DNA of 64,000 nucleotides, from contig JBHGNT010000036.1 of NCBI GenBank assembly GCA_043228905.1, forward strand, positions 124,001 to 188,000, in the 5' to 3' direction. This DNA comes from Azolla caroliniana (taxonomy: Eukaryota > Plantae > Polypodiophyta). Of the stretch, positions 11,601 to 22,186 are shown in pieces. A program made the position numbers and the translations under genes. The stretch's first letter is position 1, and each line of letters starts with the position of its first letter. The notes beneath the pieces were generated by a model that worked only from the letters and a program-made list of their open reading frames with translations, did no database searches and was not told the DNA's origin.

Positions 11601-13726
11601 ATGAAAGGGTTGGATCTTGCGGAGTCTATGGCTTCGGCCGTGGATCGGATATTGAGCGCACGCGAGGGATCCGGCGCCCTCGACAAAGCCATTGAGGCGG
11701 TCGTCGATACGATCGGCCGGTTAAGCGGAGAGGATGCCACGAAGTATTTGGCGTCCTAGAGGCAGAAATGTTGATGCGGGACATTCCGGAAGAGAGGCGT
11801 CTTGCCGGGTTCCCTCGAGTGGTGATGCCGAGCATCCATGCGGCGGTGCTCGAGGTACGGGCGGAGAGCCGTACCTGGGAGGAGTTCGAGGGCCGACTCC
11901 TAGAATAATACGGGCTGGACGACACGCTCCGGCTTTCGAAACGGGACTTCATGGAATGGGTGGAGTCCCCCAGCAAGGGAAGAAACGTGCCGGCACTCCT
12001 CCGGGAGTTTGAGGAACGCTTTGCGCGCCTTTCGGCGCTTGACCGAACCGTTCTAGATACGAGCCGGGTCCTATTGTTCGTCAAGTCGGTGGACGAGCGG
12101 GACCGGGATCAAGTCGGCTCCTTGCTAGAAACCGAAGATGGGCTGACGACCGACTGGACGGCGGTTAAGAGAGTCTGTGGCCGTTTCGACAAACGGCAAG
12201 AATGGGCTGACAACGGGGCGACCGGAGCGGGCTCTGTCACAGCAAGGAGGCTTGAACCGGCACCACAAGGGCGAAGGGAAGAGACCCGGGAGTGGCTCGA
12301 AACCGGTTCGGCTTCGACCGGCATGGTCAATGGCTCATCCGGAGGAGCAGCGCTGGAGGAGTTGACGCGGGCGATAAAGGATCTCCAGATCGCCCAAACT
12401 CGAAGGGAAGGCGGTGAACCGGCTCGTGACCGACGGCCGGCAGCAGGGAACAGATGCATGTGGTGCGACGAGGTCGGCCACATCTGGAAGGACTGCGGCG
12501 ATTTCGCAGAAGCGTTGAGGAACCGGGTAGTGTACCTGTAGGAAGGCTGGGTGCACGCCGGCGACACCAGAAGGGCCCTAAACCGAAACGACGGGCGAGG
12601 AGGTATGAAGAGACTGATGGAAGAGGCAGCGGCCCGACACGTGGAGGCCATCCACTACTTGGCATCGGCCAGCATTCGGGTCGGGGGCAGCGAGGCCCGA
12701 AAGGAGGGCAAAGACGGATTCTGGTCGGCAATGCTGGAAGGTCTCGCCGGCGCACGGCTAAGGAAAGATGAAACGGACCGCGCTGATAGACGGGTCTGGG
12801 AAATAACCGGGTGGAGCGATCCGGTTGAGGAGAGGACAGGCTTCGTAGAAGCCGCCTGCCGGAACTACGAGGCTCTGGTAGAAGACAAACGAGTGGGGAA
12901 AGCCGGAGCGGCCGGGCCCTCACAACGATACGAGATCCGATTCGGGCAACAACGGAATGAAGCCGGTGGGTCCAGCGCGCAAGATAACCCCAGGAAGGGC
13001 GGATACCGACTGGGGACGGAAATAGAAAGGACCACGGACCTACAAAAGGTCCTAGAAGAACGGATCCTCGACAGCAAGGTGGAGTTGTCATTGCGGGAGG
13101 TGCTAGGGATCGCCAAGAAGGAGTTCCACGACTCCATTGTGGACTTGGTAAAACGGAAGAGGCTGTCGACGGAGACGGAACCGGAAAGACCGGTGGAGGT
13201 GCGGACGACGCACATCGACGACTTGGCGCTGGAAAATGAGTGGGCGGAGAGCCACTATTCGAGGCCGCACTGAGCCCGAGCGACCACGGAGACCCCGGTA
13301 AAGATCGGAGATGTTCAGGAACCGGTGGTGGCACTGGTGGACCACGGTTCAGAAATAAACCTGATGTCCATGGACTTCTACAAAAGGGGAAAATGGCCGA
13401 TCAACACCAAGCACGGGTGGAAGATACGGGCGGCGACGCGCGCCACCGAGCAACTGCACGGGGCCTGCCCGAATGTGCGTGTCAAGATCGGCGACGTCGA
13501 GATTGACCAGCACTTCTTCGTGCAGGAGACGTCCTCGCATCCGGTCATATTAGGGGAACCATACATCACAGCGGCACGAATGGAGACCAAAGTGTTGGAC
13601 AACGGTTCGGCCTACGCGAGGGTTAAGAGCTAGGACGAGCGCCATTCGGTCCAATTTCTGACGGTGCGGCCGAACCACGAGCGAAACCGCGAATCCCTCG
13701 GTGGCGAGAACCGAGAGGATTTTTAG
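11601..13726 (+). pseudogene. gypsy gag plus aspartic protease (one frameshift ~11757; stops at 12539, 13271, 13631)
   Basis: Zn knuckle CMWCDEVGHIWKDC; protease ALVDHGSEINLM..VILG; gag and PR share a frame that ends GAT TTT TAG (13718-13726). Confidence 0.88.
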
Positions 13727-16700
13727 AGAGGGCTGCCAAGGGGTGGGGCCAAGACAGTCCGGACACTCGGGAAAGACCCCACAGCTGTACGATAGAACCG
13801 AAACCGAAGAAACCTTGTAAGAAAGGTAGAAAATTCTGCTTCTCCAACAACGGAGGGTGTATGATAGTCGGCATCGTTGGCCGAGAAAGGGCAAGGGCGG
13901 AGGAGCGACTTCGAGCGTGCGGAGTTCTCGGCCCGGACGAGAAAATCAGCGGGGCCGTGGAGGCGGTCTCCTTCGACGACACCTTGGGGATGCTGAGGAA
14001 GGTAGCCGGAGAAGACCTTAACGAAGACCGGACGATACCGGTATGTTCCGAAGAGATGTACGAAGTCATCGCGAACTTCAGTCAGGGGCTCCGGTCGGAT
14101 CGGACGGCCCGAGTTAGCACGAAGTACAAAACTGTGGACCGGAAGGTAAGGCCAGTCGCGGCACCCTTACCGGAGGGCAGCGAGTCCCGAATCAGAGGGG
14201 TTGCGTCGGACCCCAGTTTACGAGATCCGGTCTGCATAGGACACACCTTCACCGACGGGACGCTCCAGGAGCTCAAAATCGGTGGGGGCGGGTTCCTACT
14301 GCCGGCGGAAGAAGACCGGTTTCGGAGAATGCTCGGAAGGCACGGGAAAGCCTTCGCATTCTCACCGGAAGAGATCGGGTGCGTAGACCCGACAATCGTG
14401 GAGCCGATGGTGATATTCACGGTACCACATGTGCCGTGGAATCTCAAGCCGATTCCAGTACCGAGAGCTCACATCCCGAAGTTGATGGAGCTATTGAGGC
14501 AGAAAGTCGATATGGGCATTCTGGAACCATCGAGTGCCCCGTACTCGAACCGATGGTTTACCGTACCAAAGAAAAACGGAACATTGCGCTTCATTCAAGA
14601 CCTGCAGCCGGTCAACAGAGTGACCATTCGGAACGCAGGAATCAGACCGACCATAGACGAGTTCGCGGAGGCCTTCGCCGGAAGGTCGATTTACTCGGTC
14701 GGCGATCTGTACTCGGGGTACAACCAGTTCCAGCTAGCCGTGGAGAGCAAAGACATTACGACGATGCGAACCCCCCTCGGCCTAGTGCGAATGTGTACCC
14801 TGCCACAAGGAGGGACCAACTCGGTGGCCCACATGGTGAATGCAATGAACAAGGTACTGAGGGATTGCATCCCGGACATCACCATGCCATTTCTAGACGA
14901 CATTCCGATCAAGGGGTGCCCGGTGGAAGAGAAGGACGCGACACTCGGACCGGACGGATGCCGGCGATTCGTGGCAACACACATCGACGACTGCGAGAAG
15001 GTGCTACAAAGGCTAGAGGATGCGAGGCTCACCTTCTCCGGGGAGAAATCGGCCTTCGGGCAATTAGAAATCCTGGTGGTCGGACACCTATGTGGACCAT
15101 ATGGCCGGAAGCCGTCTCCGGCAAAAGTAGAAGCCATCTCCGCGATGAAGACCGACTGTAGCTCGGTTACGGAAGTTCGGAGGTTCCTGGGGGCATGCGC
15201 ATTCTACCACATATGGATCCCGCATTACGCCCACGTTGCGGAGCCGCTATACGGGTTGCTGAAGAAAGGGCGAAAATTCGAGTGGCGAGACGAGCACACG
15301 GAGTTGGTCCGGAAGCTGAAGGAAGCTCTTGCGGCAGCACCGGCGCTCCGGAAGGCTGTATACGAGAAGGGTACCCCGGTATACATAATGGTGGATACGA
15401 GTCCGACTAGGATCGGATGGGTCGTCAACCAAGAAGACGGGGACGGCATTCGGTTCCCGATCCGATTCGGCGCGAAAGTCCTCAGTGAGCAACAGCGAGG
15501 GTACGCCCAGGTTAAACGCGAACTCTGGGGTATCGTTTCGGCAGTAAAGGCCAACAAAGACTACCTAATCGGGACGGAAGTGATTATCGAGACGGATTGC
15601 CTGCCAATTCTCGGCATGGTTTCCGGATGCGCGACACCAGACCTGGCGATGCTCAGGTGGATAGCGTACATCAAGTCCCAGGACCCGGAAATACGACACA
15701 TTTCCGGAAAGGACAACGCCATGGCCGACATGCTTTCGAGGGCGAGGTTTGATGACGAGGGCGGCATGGTTTCGGAGGACGAAGAAGTCGGGGTGGACTT
15801 CTTCGAGGCAGCGTACGTGACGACCGATGGGACGAGCACTCCGGCGCTTAACGGCTTCGACGCGAGCAAGTACGACGGCGAGTGGCTCCAGATCGGTGGT
15901 TTCTTGAGGACAATGACGCCGGATGCGTCGTGGACGAGGGACGAGGCCAACCGGATCCGGAAGAAAGCATACCAATTCTTTCTTCGGGACGGATACTTAT
16001 GGAAGCACCCAAAGAAGAGGAACGGCGTCCCGCTCCGGGTGGTGGCGATGAAGGAAGAACAGGAGGAGCTGCTGACGGCCTACCACGACAGCCCTTGGGC
16101 TGGACACCGTGGAACGTGGGCCACGTTCAAGAAGATAAAGAGGAAGTACTGGTGGCCGGGACTGTACCGGGACGTGCATCGGTTCGTGACAACTTGCGAG
16201 AACTGTCAGATGCACTCCATAGTCCGGCATCGGGACGAGCTTCACCCTACGTACCCTCCGACCATCCACTTCAAATGGATGGTAGATCTGGTGACGATGC
16301 CGATGGGCGTAGGACAGATGCGGTATCTGGTCCTGGCTCGGGAAGATCTGACGAACCAGGTGGAAGGCCGAGCCCTTCAGAACAAAACGACCGCGACCGT
16401 ATGTCGGTTCCTGATCGAGGACGTGATATGCCGGTACGGGTGCGTCGGGAAGATCGTGGCTGATCACGGGGAGTTGGACGCCGAAGAGGCCGAGGAGCTG
16501 TTCGACCGGCTAGGAGTCAAGCTCTCGCTTACCACTGCGTACAATCCGGAGGCGAATGGGAAGGTGGAGCGCGGACACGGACCGATCGTCAAGGCGTTAG
16601 TTCGGGCATGCGGGGGGCAAGTCGGGAACTGGGCTGACCGAACTACGCACAGTTCGATAACCGGATTCATGCCGGCAGAGCTCATGTTTGGGCAGAAGCC

Positions 16701-17193
16701 GATCATGCCGATGGAACGTACGATCTCCTCGTGGGCAACCGTGGACTGGAGAGACGAGATGAGCCGGGAGGAATTGTTGGCGGCGCGTATACGACAGCTC
16801 GAGCGAAGACTGGAGGACGTGGAGCAAGCTGCGGGAAAGCTTCGGGTGGCAAGGACGAGGAACAAAGCCCGGTTCGACCGGACGCGCCGGCTCCGACCGA
16901 AGAAGATCGAGGAAGGCGACTGGGTGCTAGTCTATGACAACAACCTCGACAACCAGCACCGAGCAACACATAAGTTCGCAAGAAGGTGGTTCGGGCCTTA
17001 CGTGGTACAAAGCGCCAACGACAACGGGACGTACCATCTGGCGGAACTCGACGGCACGAGAATGGCGATACCGGTAGCTGGGAAGCGGATCAAAGCATTC
17101 AAGAAGCGTCACGACGACGAGTCGGATCCGGTTAACCTGGACCGGAACGACGAACGATCCGAAACCGAGGAAGAACCGACGGGCGGGGAATGA
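13717..17193 (+). CDS. gypsy RT-RNase H-integrase ORF (1110 aa from Met 13861; frame open from at least 13717)
   Basis: RT DLYSGY..Q, LPQG, FLDD; RNase H VDTS..ELWGI..ETDC; integrase H..H..CENC, MVD..VAD..VERG, WFGPY. Confidence 0.93.
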   Translation, partial: GFLERAAKGWGQDSPDTRERPHSCTIEPKPKKPCKKGRKFCFSNNGGCMIVGIVGRERARAEERLRACGVLGPDEKISGAVEAVSFDDTLGMLRKVAGEDLNEDRTIPVCSEEMYEVIANFSQGLRSDRTARVSTKYKTVDRKVRPVAAPLPEGSESRIRGVASDPSLRDPVCIGHTFTDGTLQELKIGGGGFLLPAEEDRFRRMLGRHGKAFAFSPEEIGCVDPTIVEPMVIFTVPHVPWNLKPIPVPRAHIPKLMELLRQKVDMGILEPSSAPYSNRWFTVPKKNGTLRFIQDLQPVNRVTIRNAGIRPTIDEFAEAFAGRSIYSVGDLYSGYNQFQLAVESKDITTMRTPLGLVRMCTLPQGGTNSVAHMVNAMNKVLRDCIPDITMPFLDDIPIKGCPVEEKDATLGPDGCRRFVATHIDDCEKVLQRLEDARLTFSGEKSAFGQLEILVVGHLCGPYGRKPSPAKVEAISAMKTDCSSVTEVRRFLGACAFYHIWIPHYAHVAEPLYGLLKKGRKFEWRDEHTELVRKLKEALAAAPALRKAVYEKGTPVYIMVDTSPTRIGWVVNQEDGDGIRFPIRFGAKVLSEQQRGYAQVKRELWGIVSAVKANKDYLIGTEVIIETDCLPILGMVSGCATPDLAMLRWIAYIKSQDPEIRHISGKDNAMADMLSRARFDDEGGMVSEDEEVGVDFFEAAYVTTDGTSTPALNGFDASKYDGEWLQIGGFLRTMTPDASWTRDEANRIRKKAYQFFLRDGYLWKHPKKRNGVPLRVVAMKEEQEELLTAYHDSPWAGHRGTWATFKKIKRKYWWPGLYRDVHRFVTTCENCQMHSIVRHRDELHPTYPPTIHFKWMVDLVTMPMGVGQMRYLVLAREDLTNQVEGRALQNKTTATVCRFLIEDVICRYGCVGKIVADHGELDAEEAEELFDRLGVKLSLTTAYNPEANGKVERGHGPIVKALVRACGGQVGNWADRTTHSSITGFMPAELMFGQKPIMPMERTISSWATVDWRDEMSREELLAARIRQLERRLEDVEQAAGKLRVARTRNKARFDRTRRLRPKKIEEGDWVLVYDNNLDNQHRATHKFARRWFGPYVVQSANDNGTYHLAELDGTRMAIPVAGKRIKAFKKRHDDESDPVNLDRNDERSETEEEPTGGE

Positions 17194-17253
17194 AGGCTGG
17201 ACCGGTTTTCTCCGTCCCAACTCAACTTGGCGCATGCCGGTGGATGCGCAGTT

Positions 17254-17266
17254 AGGTGGGGGCGGA
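17254..17266 (+). other. polypurine tract of inner gypsy
   Basis: AGGTGGGGGCGGA immediately before the 3' LTR. Confidence 0.8.
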
Positions 17267-17915
17267 TGTCGTGAAGAAAACCGTCCACGAGCGGAATCGG
17301 TGCGCCGGAGCATAGGAACCGGCTCTTCATGCACGTACGCCTTATGTTGCACATAAGAGAGAATTAGGGGGACATGGAAGATCCTAGGTAGGTAGATTCG
17401 GTAGGTAGGCAGTTAATAGGAAACGGCTCCCTTCTTGCCTATAAAAGGAGGGAGACGAGGAAGAGGAAGGGATCGCGAAATCAGAGAGGACGAAGTGTTG
17501 TCGGGTTGTGGGTCGAAGGCTTCTCTCTCTTCCATACTCTCCGTAGCTTCTTTCTGTGCAGGTTTCGTGAGGCTCGCACTGCTCTGAGGAATGCCCGAGT
17601 GCTTCCGGCAGCACCTCCAACCTACTCCTTCCTTTCTGAGCGTTTGCGAACAGGCATCAACATCTGTTCGCCGGCCTGTTCGGTTGTAACCGACTTCGTG
17701 CTTTTGTTGTTTGTCTCTGTTAATATATACTTACATACCGTTGTGCCTCTCTATGTTGGTTTCCCCGCTCGCGTCTTCGTGTCGAAGGGCCGTGTCCCTG
17801 TGGATCTACGCTCGCACGTAGTGGGTCCCTTCCCTTCTCCTTTCCCTATTGCTCTTCGGTACAAGACCCCCGAGGTCCCGCCTCATTCCACGCATCCGCG
17901 AGGAGTACCTCGACA
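17267..17915 (+). repeat. 3' LTR of inner gypsy
   Basis: Direct repeat of 10911-11557, followed by the TSD GCGT. Confidence 0.95.
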
Positions 17916-20409
17916 GCGTATGGGAGCAACCTCGGCCAGTTGCCGACTTGACCATGGCACGCACGTACAATGGCCTTTACGATCAGGGCGTGGCCCTGTT
18001 CAATCTTTCCGTTTGCTTCTGTGTTGTACACTGTTGTGAGGGACAGTTTTACGCCTAACCGATCGAACAGTTCCTCGGCCTCTTCCACATTTAGCTCTCC
18101 TCGGTCAGCCACGATTTTCCCCACGCACCCGTATCGGCATATGACATCCTCGATCAAAAACTTGCATACGGCTGCGGTGGTCTTGTTCGTTAGTGCTCGT
18201 CCCTCCACCTGGTTGGTTAGGTCCTCTCTAGCCAGCACTAGGTATCGCTTCTGACCTTCACCCATTGGCATCGTAACTAAGTCAACCATCCATTTGAAGT
18301 GCACGGTCGGGGGATAAGTTGGGCGTAGTTCGTCGCGGTGTCAAACCACCGAGTGCATATGGCAGCTTTCGCATGTGGACACGAAGTTGTGCACGCTCTT
18401 GTACATGCCTGGCCACCAATACTTTCCTTTTAGCTTCTCGAATGTAGCCCATGTACCCCGGTGTCCAAACCAAGGGCTCTCGTGGAACTCCGACATCAGC
18501 TTCTGTTGGTCATTCGCCCGCGTTATCACCCAAGGAGGTGCGTCATTTCGCCTTTTTGGGACCCTCTAGATTTTTCCGTTCCGCAGGAAGTATCTATATG
18601 CTTTCTTTCGGAGCTGTCTGGCCTCCTCCTTAGTCATCGTGGCGTCTGTCATCATTGTCTCCGAAAATCTCCCGATTAGAAGCCACTCCCCATCGTAGCC
18701 GTCTTCATCGAACTCATTCACGGGCGGAGCACTTCACCCTTTTATCCTCACCCTTGCCGATTTGAAGAAGTCTGCGCCGACTTCTTCGCTCTCTGATACC
18801 ATGTCGTCCTCATCCTCAAATCTTGCTCTAGAAAGCATATCGGCCATGGCATTGTCTTTACCCGAGATGTGTCGTATCTCCGGGTTCAGGGACTTGATGT
18901 ACGCAATCCACCTGAGCATGGCCAGGTCGGGAGTTGCGCATCCGGAGACCATACCGAGAATCGGCAAGCAGTCTATTTCGATAATTACTTTTGTCCCGAT
19001 TAGGTAATCTTTGTCGACCTTAACCACCGAAACGATACCCCACAGCTCACGCTTGACTTGGGCGTACCCTCGTTGTCGCTCACTCAGTACCTTCACACCG
19101 AACCGGATAGGGAAGCGCGTGCCATCTTCGTCCTCTTGATTTACAACCCACCCGATCCCGGTCGGGTTGGTGTCCACAGTGATGTAGACAGGAGTTCCCG
19201 ATGCGTATTCCGCTTTGCGCAAAGCCGGTGCCGCGGCAAGCATTTGTTTTAGTTTCTGGACCGCTCTCGTATGTTCCTTTGTCCATTCGAATTTCCTGTT
19301 CTTCTTCAGCAGGCCGTAGAGTGGTTCGGCGACGTGTGCGTAATGAGGGATCCATATGTGGTAGAAGGCGCATGCTCCTAGGAACCGTCGAACCTCCGTG
19401 ATGGATCCGCACTCCTCCTTCATTGCTGAGATGGCCTCTACCTTGGTCGGTGATGGCTTCCAGCCATATGGCCCACATAGGTGGCCAACCACTAATATCT
19501 CTGGTTTTCTGAAAGCCAACTTTTCGCCCGAGAAGGTAAGTTGCGCGCCCTCGAGCCTCTATAGTATCTTCTCGCAGTCGGAGATGTGGTTCGCGACAAA
19601 CCTTCGGCACCCGTCCGCACCGATCGACTCATCCTTAGCGTCTTCCAGACACCCTCTCATAGGGATGTCCTCTAGGAAAGGCATGGTGATGTCCGGGATG
19701 CAGTCCCTCAGAACTCTGTTCATTGCGTTCACCATGTGTGCCACCGAGTTGGTTCCGCCCTATGGTAGGGTACACATTCGAACTAGGCCGAGAGGGGTCC
19801 GCATCGTCGTGATGTCCCTGCTCTCCACGGCGAGCTGGAATTGGTCGTACCCCGAGTAAAGGTCTCTGACCGAGTACATGGACCTTCCGACGAAGGCTTC
19901 AGTGAACTCGTCGATCGATGGCCCGACTCCCGTATTGTGGATGTCCTGGATGAACCACAGCGTGTCGTTCTTCTTTGGTACTGTAAACCACCGGTTAGAA
20001 TAGGGGGCACTCGACGGTTCGAGGATTCCCAGCTCCACTTTCTGCTTAAGAAGCTCCATCAACATCAGCATGTCAGCTCTCGGTACTGGGATTGGCTTGA
20101 GACTCCATGGTACGTGTGGTACTGTAAAGATCATCATTGGCTCGACGATGGTTGGGTCGACGCACCCGATCTCTCCTAGTGAGAATGCGAAGGCCTTCCC
20201 GTGCCTCGCGAGCATTCCTCAGAACCAGTCCTCTTTCGCCGAACTAGCCTATCTTGCCGACCGTTGCTTCTATGGCCCGGTCGAGGGCACTCGCGCCCTC
20301 GCGAGCACTAACCAGGCGGTCTACCACCACCACCATTGCTTCTGCCAGTTCGCTTCCTCTCATCTCCAGATTCCCTTGCTGCCCTTCTTCACGTCAAGTT
20401 CACCAAAGA

Positions 20410-21268
20410 TATCGAGGAAATCCTCGCGGATGCATGGAAGTCGGGTAGGACCAGGGGGGTCTCGAACCGAGGAATCGAGGAAACGAGAAGGGAGCCGTTT
20501 GACAATTGCGTAGGTCTTGGGACCGCGAGAAAACAGGTAATGCTAGCGATCGAGAGAGGGTAAAAGAGTTGTGCGTAGACGCGGACACGGGCAAGACACT
20601 GAGAACAATGTTTGTTAGGCAAAGAGGGTTTCTATTAAACAACACAAGTGCACAATGCGGTGGGTGATTACAGCCGGGTCAAAGTCGGTGATAGAGCGTG
20701 GAGCTTGGTAAACAACATAGGTGCACAATGCAGTGGGTGATTACAACCGGATCAGAGCCAGTGATGGAGCGTGGAGCTTGGTAAACAACACAGGTGCACA
20801 GTGCGGTGGGTGTTTACAGCCGGATTAGAGCCAGTGATGGGGTGCGGAGCTTGGTAATAGCCAGACACGAAGGTGCATTGGCACGCTGAAGGTCGATCCC
20901 TTAGCCGGGAGCGCCTTACGATGATTAGTCCTCCTCCTCTTTTCTGTATCTCCTCTTTTCTGTATCTCCCCTCCTCTCCTCTCAATGGCTTCCTCTTTTC
21001 TCAATGGCCTCCTCTTTTCTAGCACAAGGAGCGATCGTTACCAGCATTCATGACTCCTCTCTTTCCCTTCCTAGATCCTCTCCCCTCGTAACTCTCCCTA
21101 CATATGCGATGTCTATTTCTTCATTAATGCCCTGACTACCTTGTACCCCTCTGTATACTCAGGCCTAGTACTTTCCCTAGCTAATTCTCTCGAGGCGTGC
21201 ACTCGCGTAAACCGGTGTTCCTACGCGTTTCTCCTTGTTTCTACCTATGGCTCGGAATCTTCACGACA
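20410..21268 (-). repeat. 5' LTR of outer gypsy
   Basis: Matches 9233-10134; followed on minus by TCTT and the PBS TGGTGAACTTGACGTGAA. Confidence 0.92.
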
Positions 21269-21748
21269 CCGTAGGAGCCACACCTTCATGCATATATAGC
21301 CTTTGTACATAGTCTAGCATCTCTTCATTTGTAAAGTGACCTTTCACATCTTCTTTCTTAGCCTTGAGTTGTCCCCATGCTAGTTTTGGTTTGAGCTTAA
21401 ACAAGTTTTTCTTTTTCATCTCTTGCATTTGGAAATATCTTCTTTTCTTTCTCCTCACTACTTTCTTATATAGGTGCCATGCAACAATCTTTTCATTTTC
21501 CCCTTCTATGGACTTAAACCATTTGAGATACATCTTACATTCATTATCGAACCAAGAGTTACATGGAAAACTAGACATCTTATGCCAACCTTCATGCCTC
21601 TTAAAGTATTGATATCCAGCCTTACGAATGATATCCTTGAATCAAATGTTGCTAATTTTCATTAACATCGTTTCTTAAAGAAAAATTTAACAAATGGCTC
21701 TCCATCATTCGCATGCATCTTAGCTTTTTCATAGCAAGGTCAGATGAT

Positions 21749-22186
21749 TGTTACCGATTAGGAACACAGTCTGCGGTCAGTCCTTCGACCTAGACCTCCA
21801 AGTGATTGTGGAACAACGAATGGTGGCGTCTATGCGTAATGTGTAGGGGAATGTGCCCCATAACCTATCAGCGTATAAGGGAGACGGCTACAACCGACCC
21901 CTTAGTAGTGATTACACTCACGTTCTTACACGCTCAGGTATTCCAGACACACAGTAGATTAGTCGTAGCTATACACAGACTTTCAGAGAAGATAGAATTC
22001 TATTACGATACGCTTCTTTACATTCCAAAATACACGCTCCCTCTATCAGAGGTTTTCTGCCCTTTATATACGCAGGGTCTATTTAGCCGTTCACGCTTCC
22101 TGCGTGAACCGTTACATGCGTTATGATCTTATATTATTTCTTATTCCTGCGCTCTTGTCCATCAGTTACTATTCCGGTGGACAACA
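21749..22186. mobile_element. Solo LTR (438 bp) in LINE B
   Basis: TGTT..AACA termini; perfect 5-bp TSD ATGAT (21744-21748, 22187-22191). Confidence 0.85.

Larger units (their letters stand above)
10911..17915 (+). mobile_element. Inner near-intact Ty3/gypsy retrotransposon (no chromodomain seen)
   Basis: LTRs 10911-11557 and 17267-17915 (about 12 substitutions plus a 2-bp indel by eye); perfect TSD GCGT; PBS, PPT; gag-PR-RT-RH-INT order. Confidence 0.96.
9233..21268 (-). mobile_element. Outer Ty3/gypsy retrotransposon (gag-PR deleted, decayed pol)
   Basis: LTRs 9233-10134 and 20410-21268; perfect TSD CCGT (9229-9232, 21269-21272); PBS 20388-20405; PPT 10135-10146; RT/RH/INT fragments at 17916-20230 and 10209-10906. 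Confidence 0.93.

Noticed and set aside
12109-13334. Long antisense ORFs (335 aa, 180 aa) in the gypsy
   Set aside because: Shadow ORFs of GC-rich gag with no recognisable domain.
12539-13633. In-frame stops in gag-PR as programmed readthrough
   Set aside because: Each is one transition from TGG or CAG inside plausible coding sequence, typical of methylation-driven decay.
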